In this document: positions 54,147 to 63,150 of the stretch, one piece after another
Numbering within the stretch: position 1 is the stretch's first letter
How the letters are laid out: each line of letters begins with the position of its first letter
NCBI GenBank assembly: GCA_045615665.1
Contig: JAZLFJ010000003.1
Location: forward strand, 7,406 to 71,405
Reading direction: 5' to 3'
DNA: 64,000 nucleotides
From: Bacilli bacterium
Lineage (GTDB): Bacteria > Bacillota_I > Bacilli_A > RFN20 > CAG-826
Program-made: the position numbers and the translations under genes
Notes under the pieces: generated by a model
Told to the model about the DNA's origin: nothing
The model's input: the letters and a program-made list of their open reading frames with translations, nothing else
The model's database searches: none

Positions 54147-54704
54147 ATGAAAGAAGATTTAAGAGTAATTAAGACTAAAAAAGCAATTGAAGATGCCTTT
54201 ATTTCTTTAATAGAAGAAAAAGGTTTCGAAAACGTCAAGATAATCGACATCGCTAAAAGAGCAAATGTCAATCGTAACACAATTTACCTTCACTATAGTT
54301 CGAAGGATATGATTATTGAAGATTTGGTGGATAAAGTTTTTACATCCGGAATAGTTACATTAGAGCCGAATGCATATTTAAAAGGTAAATATTCAAAAAG
54401 AAATCTGTATGAATTATTTCTTAAAATATTCACTTTAATCTACGAGCAAATCGAACTTTATCGTATCGTTTTGACCGATCAAAATCTTTCCGGATATTTA
54501 ACTTTGAGGTTAAAAAAAGTTAAATCTTTTGTACTTAATTCTTTAAAACCTACTTTTAAAAATGAGATAATAGTTGAGTACGTAGTATCCGGGGTATTCG
54601 GAATTATTCGAAACTGGATTATTTATGACAATGGTAGCATCAAGGAAAATGTCGAACTGTGTTGCGATCTTGTTTATATGAATATGAGACACGCTCAATA
54701 TTAG
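54147..54704 (+). CDS. TetR/AcrR-family transcriptional regulator
   Basis: N-terminal HTH KIIDIAKRANVNRNTIYLHYSSKD. 185 aa. Confidence 0.85.
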   Translation: MKEDLRVIKTKKAIEDAFISLIEEKGFENVKIIDIAKRANVNRNTIYLHYSSKDMIIEDLVDKVFTSGIVTLEPNAYLKGKYSKRNLYELFLKIFTLIYEQIELYRIVLTDQNLSGYLTLRLKKVKSFVLNSLKPTFKNEIIVEYVVSGVFGIIRNWIIYDNGSIKENVELCCDLVYMNMRHAQY

Positions 54705-54716
54705 AAGGAGAATAAA

Positions 54717-56051
54717 ATGAAAAAGAAATCATTAATTACCTTATCGCTTATTCTTCCTATTTTTGCATCTTCCTGCAGCGGTAATAAGGAAACCGAATTT
54801 GATCCTTTTACCATTGGAGACAATCTAGAAGTTATCTCTTCCACAGAAGCTAGATTAATTGCTAATCAAGCTTACGATAATCTTACATATGTAACTTCTC
54901 TTAACAAAAACGAGAAGAAAAATATTGATGATACCAAATTTTATACTGGTTCATTCTCTTCATATGCGACAAACAAATCTTCCGAACTTAGTTCCCAGGT
55001 TACTTACTATTCTAATTTAATCGATGAATCTAGATCATCTAAATCAACAGTATATTTTGGAAAAGATTCCGCTAGCGAAGATGGTAATAAAAAGATATTG
55101 TCTTGGTATGGAATCATCGGTGAATCCGAAAATCCATATTATTCACTTTTAACGCAGACAACTGAGAGTTATAACGGCATTCAATCTACTCGTTATGGTA
55201 TTGAAGAAAATGAATTTGCAACTGCGGATATGATTTCTTCTGTTTGGAGAAAACAATTGGTGAAATCTGTCAGTGAAGATTATCTAAATATTTCTATCTC
55301 ATATTCAGACGAACTAACTTATGTTAGAGATAATCAACATATTATCGGTTATAATCTCCAGACATATGTGACCGCTGAGCCATCTTTAATCACTCCATTA
55401 AAAGAAGAAAATTCATATGTCAAAAAAGTGACAAATATAACAGTCATAGACTTTTATAAAGACGATGTGTTAGAAATAGGTTGGACAGTAAGAACTGTTT
55501 CAAGCAGAACAACAACATCATATTTAACAACTGCCGATAAAAAAGAAAGTGGAGAGCCAATCGAAGTCGAAAAAGAAGAAAGTATTACTTCTTTATTCTA
55601 CGATTCAAGTCATTCTGAAAGTCCTGAAGTCCCAGATTTTAAAAAGACTGAAGATATTCCAATGGCAATATCTCAATTTGATTTCGACGGAACTAATCTT
55701 AACTATGTTAAATCCTATACTTTAGATGATAATAGCGACTTCTATCGTCACTTCGAAAGTTTCGATGGTCACGCTTATTATAAGGAGCAAAAATTATCCG
55801 AAGGTTTCTATTCGTTCTATAGTGGAACCCCAACAACACCCGATGGATATCAACAATGGGGCTACAACGATATCATTGCGAATAAATGTGTTAACTATGT
55901 TGTTGATCCAAGTTCGGTACCTCACCCTGATTTAACCCTTAATCAACATTTATTCTATGTCGCTCAAGAAGCTAGATTCTCATTTAGAATCGTTTTCAAT
56001 GCCGATATGACCGCTGCCAGTGAATTCACGGTCGCGATTATTGGAGTATAG
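54717..56051 (+). CDS. Lipoprotein of unknown function
   Basis: Lipobox IFASSC, AGGAG RBS. 444 aa. Confidence 0.7.
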   Translation: MKKKSLITLSLILPIFASSCSGNKETEFDPFTIGDNLEVISSTEARLIANQAYDNLTYVTSLNKNEKKNIDDTKFYTGSFSSYATNKSSELSSQVTYYSNLIDESRSSKSTVYFGKDSASEDGNKKILSWYGIIGESENPYYSLLTQTTESYNGIQSTRYGIEENEFATADMISSVWRKQLVKSVSEDYLNISISYSDELTYVRDNQHIIGYNLQTYVTAEPSLITPLKEENSYVKKVTNITVIDFYKDDVLEIGWTVRTVSSRTTTSYLTTADKKESGEPIEVEKEESITSLFYDSSHSESPEVPDFKKTEDIPMAISQFDFDGTNLNYVKSYTLDDNSDFYRHFESFDGHAYYKEQKLSEGFYSFYSGTPTTPDGYQQWGYNDIIANKCVNYVVDPSSVPHPDLTLNQHLFYVAQEARFSFRIVFNADMTAASEFTVAIIGV

Positions 56052-56063
56052 GAGGAAGTAAAG

Positions 56064-57422
56064 ATGAAGCATAAATTAATTTTATTAATCACTCCGTTGC
56101 TCCTTCTTGGCATTGCGTCATGTTCGAAAGACGAAGCTCAAAAATATCAAGCTTTTAGCGATGATCAACAAAGAGCGATTATGGAGCAATACTATAATCT
56201 CCACAAATCGAATCAATCTAACCTTTCTTTATATTCATATGAAAAGACCGATATTTATAATCCAACTTATGACGTTTTTGGTGAGATGACACCTACGATA
56301 AGTAATTACGAGAATCCTACCTTAAAGCAATCTCCAACTGGATTATTTTTTGAAGATACACTAACAAATGAAGTCGGCGTTTATTCTGGCTATCTAATTT
56401 CACGTAAAAATCAAAAAACATACATCGGAAACAAGCAGAACGCCGGATCAGTTGATGATCGAGAACTTTCCTTATCATATTGGTTCAGAGATTTTGACGA
56501 TAATGAACATGCAGGCCAAAAACAATTAATTAAAAGAGATAGTGAAAAAGACAATGACCTCGAAGTCATATATGAAGACACCAAGCTCCCAACCGGAGTC
56601 GAAGATAGCAATGTCTCACATTATTTTTCAAATGCAATCAATACAACTTATGAAAATGTCTTTGTTCGTAATTTAGTCCAACCTGTTGCAACTTCAACAA
56701 GACAAGTTTCGGCATATATGAAATCTGAAGCCGAAATTGTTGAAACATATAAAGAAGTTACGCAAGATGATGCGATTCAAAATCCAAAGAAGCCTGGTGT
56801 CGAAAATGTTCTCGCGGTTTCAAAACGCACTGAGGGTGTAACAATTTTTAAACAAATTGAAAACATCGGTTGGGTTTGTACCGAATTCAAAGAAAAAATA
56901 ACTTACGAATTGCCATTTAATTATGACTTAAATATTCTTGATAACCCACAAGTTATTAGAGAAATAAACACCGAGATTTCCTTTACATATTCTGCAACAG
57001 TTCAACCATATACCGGTGAAGCTTATGTTTACAAAGGAAGAGACGAGAATGCAGTCAATAATACACCGAGTTTATACAAATACGGGGATACTAATCCAGT
57101 TGCTATTGGACAAGATATAACCGCAGAATACAAACATTTCCGCGAAGATTATTCCGGTTATGCTTACTTATTCAAAGCAATTACTTTAGAAGCAAATGAG
57201 GCCTATTCATTCGCCAGAATCGTCGATATTGGGACCGATCCAAATTATGAAGTAATCGGCTTTAATGAATTGACCCATAATGCGAATGACACCATCGTTA
57301 GCGCTGGTATCGAAGGCCATAATTTGATCAAGACAAAAAATTCTAGCGATACGAACTATGAATTCATCATTTTAGTGCCATCTACTGGTTCGATTAGTTT
57401 GATCGCTTATCTATCGGCATAA
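56064..57422 (+). CDS. Lipoprotein of unknown function (similar size and layout to the preceding one)
   Basis: Lipobox GIASC, AGGAGG RBS. 452 aa. Confidence 0.7.
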   Translation: MKHKLILLITPLLLLGIASCSKDEAQKYQAFSDDQQRAIMEQYYNLHKSNQSNLSLYSYEKTDIYNPTYDVFGEMTPTISNYENPTLKQSPTGLFFEDTLTNEVGVYSGYLISRKNQKTYIGNKQNAGSVDDRELSLSYWFRDFDDNEHAGQKQLIKRDSEKDNDLEVIYEDTKLPTGVEDSNVSHYFSNAINTTYENVFVRNLVQPVATSTRQVSAYMKSEAEIVETYKEVTQDDAIQNPKKPGVENVLAVSKRTEGVTIFKQIENIGWVCTEFKEKITYELPFNYDLNILDNPQVIREINTEISFTYSATVQPYTGEAYVYKGRDENAVNNTPSLYKYGDTNPVAIGQDITAEYKHFREDYSGYAYLFKAITLEANEAYSFARIVDIGTDPNYEVIGFNELTHNANDTIVSAGIEGHNLIKTKNSSDTNYEFIILVPSTGSISLIAYLSA

Positions 57423-58600
57423 TGAGTGAGCAAATAATAAATCCACACAACAAAAAAACCAGGAAGAAATTGATTTCGAACATTATCTTCTTGGTTTTAA
57501 TTTCGATTCTTGTAGTCACTTTAATACTTTCCTTAGGTGAAATCGAAAAAATATCATTACAGTTTCAAGAGATCGCTAAAGGTGATAACTGGAAATATTT
57601 ATTAATTGCCGTTGGCCTAATGCTTATTTATTTCTTTTTATGGCCAGCGAGCCAATGCATTTATGGAAAAGCATTAAATATTGAAGCCACTGTTGGTGAA
57701 TCGTTTTTAATTGGTTGTTCCGAGCACTTCTATAACGGTATAACTCCTTTTGCCGCTGGAGGGCAGCCGTTTCAAATCTATTCTTACACTAAACGAAATG
57801 TAACAACCGCAAAGGCTACTGGGGTTATTCTTGCTACTTTCGTCACGTTTATGATCGTCACAAATGCTTTTGCGATTGTTTCTCTTATTTTTTATCCTCA
57901 AATCTCATCTGGTTTTGAATCGATGGGAATAGGGTGGATTAAATATGTCGCATTAATAGGTTTGATTATTAATTTCTTAGTCCTTTTATTTATGATCGCG
58001 ATGGGGGTTTCAAAGCATCTTAGAAACTTTTTAATCAAGCTTTCAACTAAGTTTGCGAATTGGAAATTCTTTTTCAAAAAAGAGAAGGGTTTGCGGAGAA
58101 AAATCGGTGAATCGCTTCAAAAGGCTATCCCCGTTTTTGAAGAATATTGCACCAATGCTCAACTAGCTTTTAAAGAAACTTGGACCCATAAATTAGCAAC
58201 CGTTTTTGCTATTTTAGTTAAGATACTTGCAATGGCTGCATATTATTGCGTTCCATTCTTTATTCTTAAGTCTGTTGGCTTAGAAGTTGGCTATGACAAA
58301 ATAATTATCGTCTTATTCTCAACATCATTTGCCATAAATGCCGTTGTATGGATGCCTACTCCTGGTGGTGTTGGTGGCATCGAATACGCTTTCATGATTG
58401 TTATTGCAGCGGTCACCACTGCTAATCAAGTCGATCAACAAGCAGTCGTTCTCATTTGGAGAATGTTAACTTATTACTTTGTATTGTTTATTTCGTTTGG
58501 TGCGAATGCAATATTTGAAGCACTTAGCTCACATCGAATAAGTAAAGAAGCAAAAGAAAAGGATGCCCTAGAAGAGACATCCAATGATGAGTCTGCTTAG
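57422..58600 (+). CDS. Flippase-like membrane protein (UPF0104 / lysyl-PG synthase TM-domain family)
   Basis: 392 aa, about 8 TM helices. The GITPFAAGGQPFQIY and PTPGGVGGIEY motifs resemble that family. TAATG coupling to the upstream lipoprotein gene. Confidence 0.65.
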   Translation: MSEQIINPHNKKTRKKLISNIIFLVLISILVVTLILSLGEIEKISLQFQEIAKGDNWKYLLIAVGLMLIYFFLWPASQCIYGKALNIEATVGESFLIGCSEHFYNGITPFAAGGQPFQIYSYTKRNVTTAKATGVILATFVTFMIVTNAFAIVSLIFYPQISSGFESMGIGWIKYVALIGLIINFLVLLFMIAMGVSKHLRNFLIKLSTKFANWKFFFKKEKGLRRKIGESLQKAIPVFEEYCTNAQLAFKETWTHKLATVFAILVKILAMAAYYCVPFFILKSVGLEVGYDKIIIVLFSTSFAINAVVWMPTPGGVGGIEYAFMIVIAAVTTANQVDQQAVVLIWRMLTYYFVLFISFGANAIFEALSSHRISKEAKEKDALEETSNDESA

Positions 58601-58610
58601 CAGACTTTTT
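58590..58610 (+). terminator. Rho-independent terminator of the TetR-lipoprotein operon
   Basis: AGTCTGC-TTA-GCAGACT, which includes the stop codon, followed by TTTTTATTTT. Confidence 0.75.
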
Positions 58611-59688
58611 ATTTTCTTAATTGTCCTCTCATAGAGTGGATTCTAATTGAGCCACCTTGTGAACGAACTAACTTTTTAGCATAATCAATCGCTTCGGCTT
58701 GAGTTGGGAAAATCTTGATTGCTTTTTCACCACCAGCAAGTTTAACTTGCCAACTACGAGAAACGAATTTAGAACGTGCGATGTGATACACTCTAGCGCC
58801 ATCTTTATATTTCTTAGGAGCTCCAACTTTGCTCTTTGAAGTCTTTGATTTTGAAGAAGTTGATTTTGAAGAAGTTGATTTTGAAGATGGTTTTTCTTCT
58901 TTTTCTTCGGCTTCATCATTAGAAATAGATTCATCAGCTAAAGGTTCTTCGCTAAGTTCCTTAACTTCTTCATCACTAACTTCTTCACCTTCAGAATTAA
59001 TCGTGTAGCCCATGAAGATTAAATGAACAATCTTATTTAGTAACCAGATAACAAAGGCAATGGCTAATGCACCCCCTATAGATAATCCGATGAATAAGAA
59101 GAATGTTCCGAATTCAAATTTGGATGCATCTACTGGAGCGATTCTATTTGAAACATCAAACATGAATCCATACCAGTCAACCACGCTTCCTTTTGGAGCA
59201 GTAAACGCAAAGATTACATAATATGCACCATAAGCAAGAGCGGCTATAATAGGAACAAAAATGAATCTAAAACGTAATTTGGTCATGTATTCTAGAAGAA
59301 TAAATGAAGCTACAGAGGCAATAGGAACAATTGCGTGCATAAATAATTGAGAACCTTTGTACCAAATATCATTGCTTGAATCTCGAGGCATGAGAAATGC
59401 TAAAACCATCGTGAAGGTAACTGCTGCGCAAACAACGCAAATTAATTTAAATGCCTGGAAACCTTCTTTTACTAAATTCTTTCCTTTAGCGATAGATGCA
59501 ATATAAAGGATTACACCTATAAATGAAGCAAGCGTAACTAACACATTCGATAAGACTGTAAAGTATTGGAAGATGCCCACTTTATCTACTGATTCAAGTA
59601 GAAGCATAACGATTCCAACTATGCCTAATGCAGTTACGATTAAATTACCAATTAAACCGGGAACTGCGTGTTTTTTTGAGAATTTCAT
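58609..59688 (-). CDS. Multi-pass membrane protein with an acidic/Ser-Lys linker and a C-terminal DUF2188-like domain
   Basis: Start set at MKFSKKH (59688), with AAAGGAGAG upstream. C-terminus YHIARSKFVSRSWQVKLAGGEKAIKIFPTQAEAIDYAKKL. Confidence 0.65.
   Translation of the reverse strand: MKFSKKHAVPGLIGNLIVTALGIVGIVMLLLESVDKVGIFQYFTVLSNVLVTLASFIGVILYIASIAKGKNLVKEGFQAFKLICVVCAAVTFTMVLAFLMPRDSSNDIWYKGSQLFMHAIVPIASVASFILLEYMTKLRFRFIFVPIIAALAYGAYYVIFAFTAPKGSVVDWYGFMFDVSNRIAPVDASKFEFGTFFLFIGLSIGGALAIAFVIWLLNKIVHLIFMGYTINSEGEEVSDEEVKELSEEPLADESISNDEAEEKEEKPSSKSTSSKSTSSKSKTSKSKVGAPKKYKDGARVYHIARSKFVSRSWQVKLAGGEKAIKIFPTQAEAIDYAKKLVRSQGGSIRIHSMRGQLRK
58845..58889. repeat. 15-bp in-frame tandem repeat, three copies
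   Basis: TTGATTTTGAAGAAG twice, then TTGATTTTGAAGATG. Encodes (SKSTS)n in the linker of the membrane protein. Confidence 0.9.
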
Positions 59689-59690
59689 AT

Positions 59691-60932
59691 TTACTTCTCT
59701 CCTTTTATTTTGGTCCAATATTCTTTATTGGCCTGTTCAAATTTATTTTCACCATAATGATAATACTTATGTTCTTTAATATCATCAGGTAAATATTGTT
59801 GTTTAACCCAGTGATGAGCATAATCATGCGGGTATTTATAATTCTGCCCTTTTACTTTAGCATCTTTCCCATCGTAATGGGTATTTTGAAGTTGACGAGG
59901 AACTCCAACGCCTAATCCTTTTTCAATATCTTCTTTAGCAGCTAAATAAGCTAAACAAGCGGAATTTGATTTTGGGGAAGTCGCAATTAAGATTGCAGCG
60001 TTAGTTAATGGTAGATAAGCTTCTGGCATTCCAAGCTGAAGTGCGCTATCGACTGCAGCTTTCACAATTGGAATGATTTGAGGATAAGCTAAACCAACGT
60101 CTTCGCTCGCACTACAGAGTAGTCTTCTAGCGGCCGCAACTAAATCGCCGGCTTCAAGCATTTTAGCAAGATAAAAGACTGCCGCGTCAGGATCTGAACC
60201 TCTAAGAGATTTCATTAAAGCGGATAAATTATCATAGTGATGATCTTCACTTCTATCATATGAAATGTTCGCTTTGACAATTAATTGATCAACCATTTTG
60301 GTTGTGATTTTCTTTTCATCGTCTAAAGCATGAATCAAGAAATCTAAATTATTTAAGGCTTTCCTCATGTCTCCATTTGACGAAAGCGACAATTTTTCTA
60401 AAGCTTCTTTTTCAATTTTGACATTGAGTTTCTTGGTAGCTTTTTCTAATCCTTCTTTAATGTCTTCGCTTTTAAGAGCTTTAAATTCAAATACTTCACA
60501 TCTAGAAAGCAAAGCTGGATAGATATAAAAATATGGATTCTCTGTTGTTGAAGCGATAAGAGTTATATCCCCGCTTTCAACAAATTCTAGCAATGATTGT
60601 TGCTGTTTCTTATTTAGATATTGAATCTCATCCAAATAGAGAAGTATTCCATTTTGGGTGAACAAAGAATGAACTTCATCAATAATTTTTTTAATATCAT
60701 CGGTAGAAGCTGTTGTCCCATTTAATTTATAAAGCGACATATTGCTATTTTTCGCAATGATATTCGCTAACGTGGTTTTACCAATTCCAGGTGGACCATA
60801 AAAGACCATATTAGGAACATGATTCTTGGATATTACTTTTCTAAATAACTGTCCTTCATCTAAAAGATGATGTTGACCAACGACATCATCTAATGATTGA
60901 GGTCTTAAGATCTCCGCTAATGGTTTTTCCAT
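59691..60932 (-). CDS. rarA: Replication-associated recombination protein A (MgsA/RarA AAA+ ATPase)
   Basis: Walker A GPPGIGKTT, LYLDEIQ, and a conserved C-terminal MgsA region (GSDPDAAVFYLAKML). Confidence 0.9.
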   Translation of the reverse strand: MEKPLAEILRPQSLDDVVGQHHLLDEGQLFRKVISKNHVPNMVFYGPPGIGKTTLANIIAKNSNMSLYKLNGTTASTDDIKKIIDEVHSLFTQNGILLYLDEIQYLNKKQQQSLLEFVESGDITLIASTTENPYFYIYPALLSRCEVFEFKALKSEDIKEGLEKATKKLNVKIEKEALEKLSLSSNGDMRKALNNLDFLIHALDDEKKITTKMVDQLIVKANISYDRSEDHHYDNLSALMKSLRGSDPDAAVFYLAKMLEAGDLVAAARRLLCSASEDVGLAYPQIIPIVKAAVDSALQLGMPEAYLPLTNAAILIATSPKSNSACLAYLAAKEDIEKGLGVGVPRQLQNTHYDGKDAKVKGQNYKYPHDYAHHWVKQQYLPDDIKEHKYYHYGENKFEQANKEYWTKIKGEK

Positions 60933-61042
60933 ATCTTAATGATACACAAGTGTAATCATTAAAGCAATTATTATAATGTTAATTAATTTTGACTTTTCCC
61001 TTATTAACTATTCTTTTAATTTAAAAGGAATATAATAAAAGC

Positions 61043-62044
61043 ATGAAGAAGTCGTTTGTCTTTACTAGTTTTGCATTATTATCACTGATTCTAAGTGGTT
61101 GTAACACAACATCACCATCCAAAAAGAAGAAATCTTCAAATTCTTCTCCTTTATCAAGTGGTCTTGTTATTTCCTCATCAAGCGAAACTTCTGATATATC
61201 AGATAGTAGTTATATTCCAGTTACATCGATAAGTGGAACATCGGTTGCCCCATCTACAGGCACCACTATACCAACATCAACTGGAACATCAACATCTGTT
61301 GGTCCAACGTCTACCACCACAGCAACTTCGACTTCAACTTCAACTCCATCCACTTCATCAACAAGTAAACCAGGTCCGACAGACTATTGGTCGCAGTGTG
61401 ATGGTTTAGAAGGGACCGCTTTGGAAGCAAAGATTAGACAAGTTAATCCATGGAAAAGTAAAAGCTACGATTGGAGTAGATACGAAGATGCCGATGAAGC
61501 ATTAGATGATTCAACATCGATTCTATCGTTATATACAAGGCACAATATTAAGAAAAGCAACCACTGTGGATCATATTCATGGACCAAATGGAATAGAGAA
61601 CACATTTGGACTCAGTCAGCCTGGCCCGATAGCGATACAGATAATCACAATATCTTTGCCTGCGAAGGACAAATTAACGGTTATAGAGGTAACAAAATAT
61701 TTGCCGAAGGGGGAGATGTTGTTGTTGTCTTTGGTCATACAACAGGATGCAAACAAACAAACGCTACGTTTGAACCTTGCGATGAAGCGAAGGGAGAAGT
61801 GGCTAGATCAGTTATGTATGGGGCGGTTATGTATAGCCGTGATTTAACTGGTGAAATTCAATCAATTGCTTTGGCACTTAAATGGCATTTGCAACACCCT
61901 AATACCGCTCGCGATTCAAGGAGAAATGATGTGGTTTACGCTAACCAAGGCAATAGAAATCCGTTCGTCGATCGTCCTGAATATGCCTGTCGAATCTGGG
62001 GTGGCACCAATTCTGAAACTAAGGCTCTCTGTGGGATGAATTAA
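61043..62044 (+). CDS. Lipoprotein nuclease of the endonuclease I (EndA/NucM-like) family
   Basis: Lipobox ILSGC and a long Ser/Thr-rich linker. Motifs NREHIWTQS, DNHNIFACEGQINGYRGN and NRNPFVD. Confidence 0.8.
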   Translation: MKKSFVFTSFALLSLILSGCNTTSPSKKKKSSNSSPLSSGLVISSSSETSDISDSSYIPVTSISGTSVAPSTGTTIPTSTGTSTSVGPTSTTTATSTSTSTPSTSSTSKPGPTDYWSQCDGLEGTALEAKIRQVNPWKSKSYDWSRYEDADEALDDSTSILSLYTRHNIKKSNHCGSYSWTKWNREHIWTQSAWPDSDTDNHNIFACEGQINGYRGNKIFAEGGDVVVVFGHTTGCKQTNATFEPCDEAKGEVARSVMYGAVMYSRDLTGEIQSIALALKWHLQHPNTARDSRRNDVVYANQGNRNPFVDRPEYACRIWGGTNSETKALCGMN

Positions 62045-62063
62045 TTGACTAGATAATAAAAAA

Positions 62064-62084
62064 ATACCGTCAAATTGGCGGTAT
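62064..62084. terminator. Bidirectional terminator between the nuclease gene and fba
   Basis: ATACCGTC-AAATT-GGCGGTAT (one G.U pair), flanked by an A-run upstream and a T-run downstream. Confidence 0.8.
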
Positions 62085-62113
62085 TTTTATTTTTTTGATA
62101 TTGTTTAGATTGT

Positions 62114-63088
62114 TTAGATCTTGTTATTTGAGCCAAGAACTTCAGTGATTTTGTGCTTCACTAAATCCTTAACATATTTACGACCATCGCCAACATATTG
62201 ACGTGGATCAAAATGATCTGGATGAGCAACCATGTGCTCTCTAATTCCGGCGGTCATTGCTAAGCGAAGATCGCTATCGATGTTAATCTTACAAACAGCC
62301 ATTGTTGAGGCTTTGCGAAGTTGTTCTTCTGGAACACCAACAGCATCGACAAGAGCGCCGCCGTTTTCATTGATGATTTTAACGTATTCTTGGTTAACAG
62401 AGCTTGAACCATGTAAGACGATTGGGAATCCTGGAAGACGTTTAGAAACTTCATCTAAGATATCAAATCTTAATGGTGGAGGACAAAGGACACCAGTCTT
62501 TGGATCGCGGGTGCATTGTTCTGGTTTGAATTTATAAGCACCATGGCTTGTTCCAATAGCGATTGCTAATGAGTCAACACCTGTTCTACGAACGAATTCT
62601 TCGACTTGTTCTGGTTTAGTATAACTTTCTGCGCCATGTTCAACTTTAACATCATCTTCGATACCTGCTAAAGTTCCGAGTTCAGCTTCGACTGTGACGT
62701 ATGGTTTATGAGCATGAGCGTATTCAACGACTTTTCTAGTAAGAGCAATGTTTTCTTCGAATGATTTGCTAGAAGCATCAATCATGACGGATGTGAATCC
62801 ACCATCGATGCAATCTTTACAAATTTCAAAATCTGCTCCGTGGTCTAAGTGAAGAACGATTGGTAAACCTGTATCTTCAACTGCAGCTTCAACCATTTTT
62901 CTTAAATAAACTGGCTTAGCATATTTTCTTGCACCAGCACTTACTTGAAGAATAACTGGGGAATTACATTCTTTGGCAGCTTCTGTGATTGCTTGAACAA
63001 TTTCCATGTTGTTGCAATTGAAAGCGCCTATTGCATAGCCTTCCTTGTAGGCTTTTTCAAATAATTCTTTCGAATTTACTAATGGCAT
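62114..63088 (-). CDS. fba: Class II fructose-1,6-bisphosphate aldolase
   Basis: 324 aa. Motifs AFNCNNME, LHLDHG, GTSHGAYKF and LHGSSS. Confidence 0.95.
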   Translation of the reverse strand: MPLVNSKELFEKAYKEGYAIGAFNCNNMEIVQAITEAAKECNSPVILQVSAGARKYAKPVYLRKMVEAAVEDTGLPIVLHLDHGADFEICKDCIDGGFTSVMIDASSKSFEENIALTRKVVEYAHAHKPYVTVEAELGTLAGIEDDVKVEHGAESYTKPEQVEEFVRRTGVDSLAIAIGTSHGAYKFKPEQCTRDPKTGVLCPPPLRFDILDEVSKRLPGFPIVLHGSSSVNQEYVKIINENGGALVDAVGVPEEQLRKASTMAVCKINIDSDLRLAMTAGIREHMVAHPDHFDPRQYVGDGRKYVKDLVKHKITEVLGSNNKI

Positions 63089-63150
63089 ATTAATAACCTC
63101 TTTCTATGTTATATATTGTAGCAATTAAAAATTGAAATTTATATAGTTAA

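Noticed and set aside
983-62537. About 45 short ORFs (60-160 aa) in the ORF track that lie antisense to, or in alternative frames of, much longer ORFs (for example 983-1228, 1252-1548, 2694-3074, 8294-8527, 23481-23960, 52865-53203, 62232-62537)
   Set aside because: Each is fully nested in a longer ORF with clear family motifs. Their translations are low-complexity, have no RBS and show no motif. AT-rich genomes and biased codon use generate such shadow ORFs.
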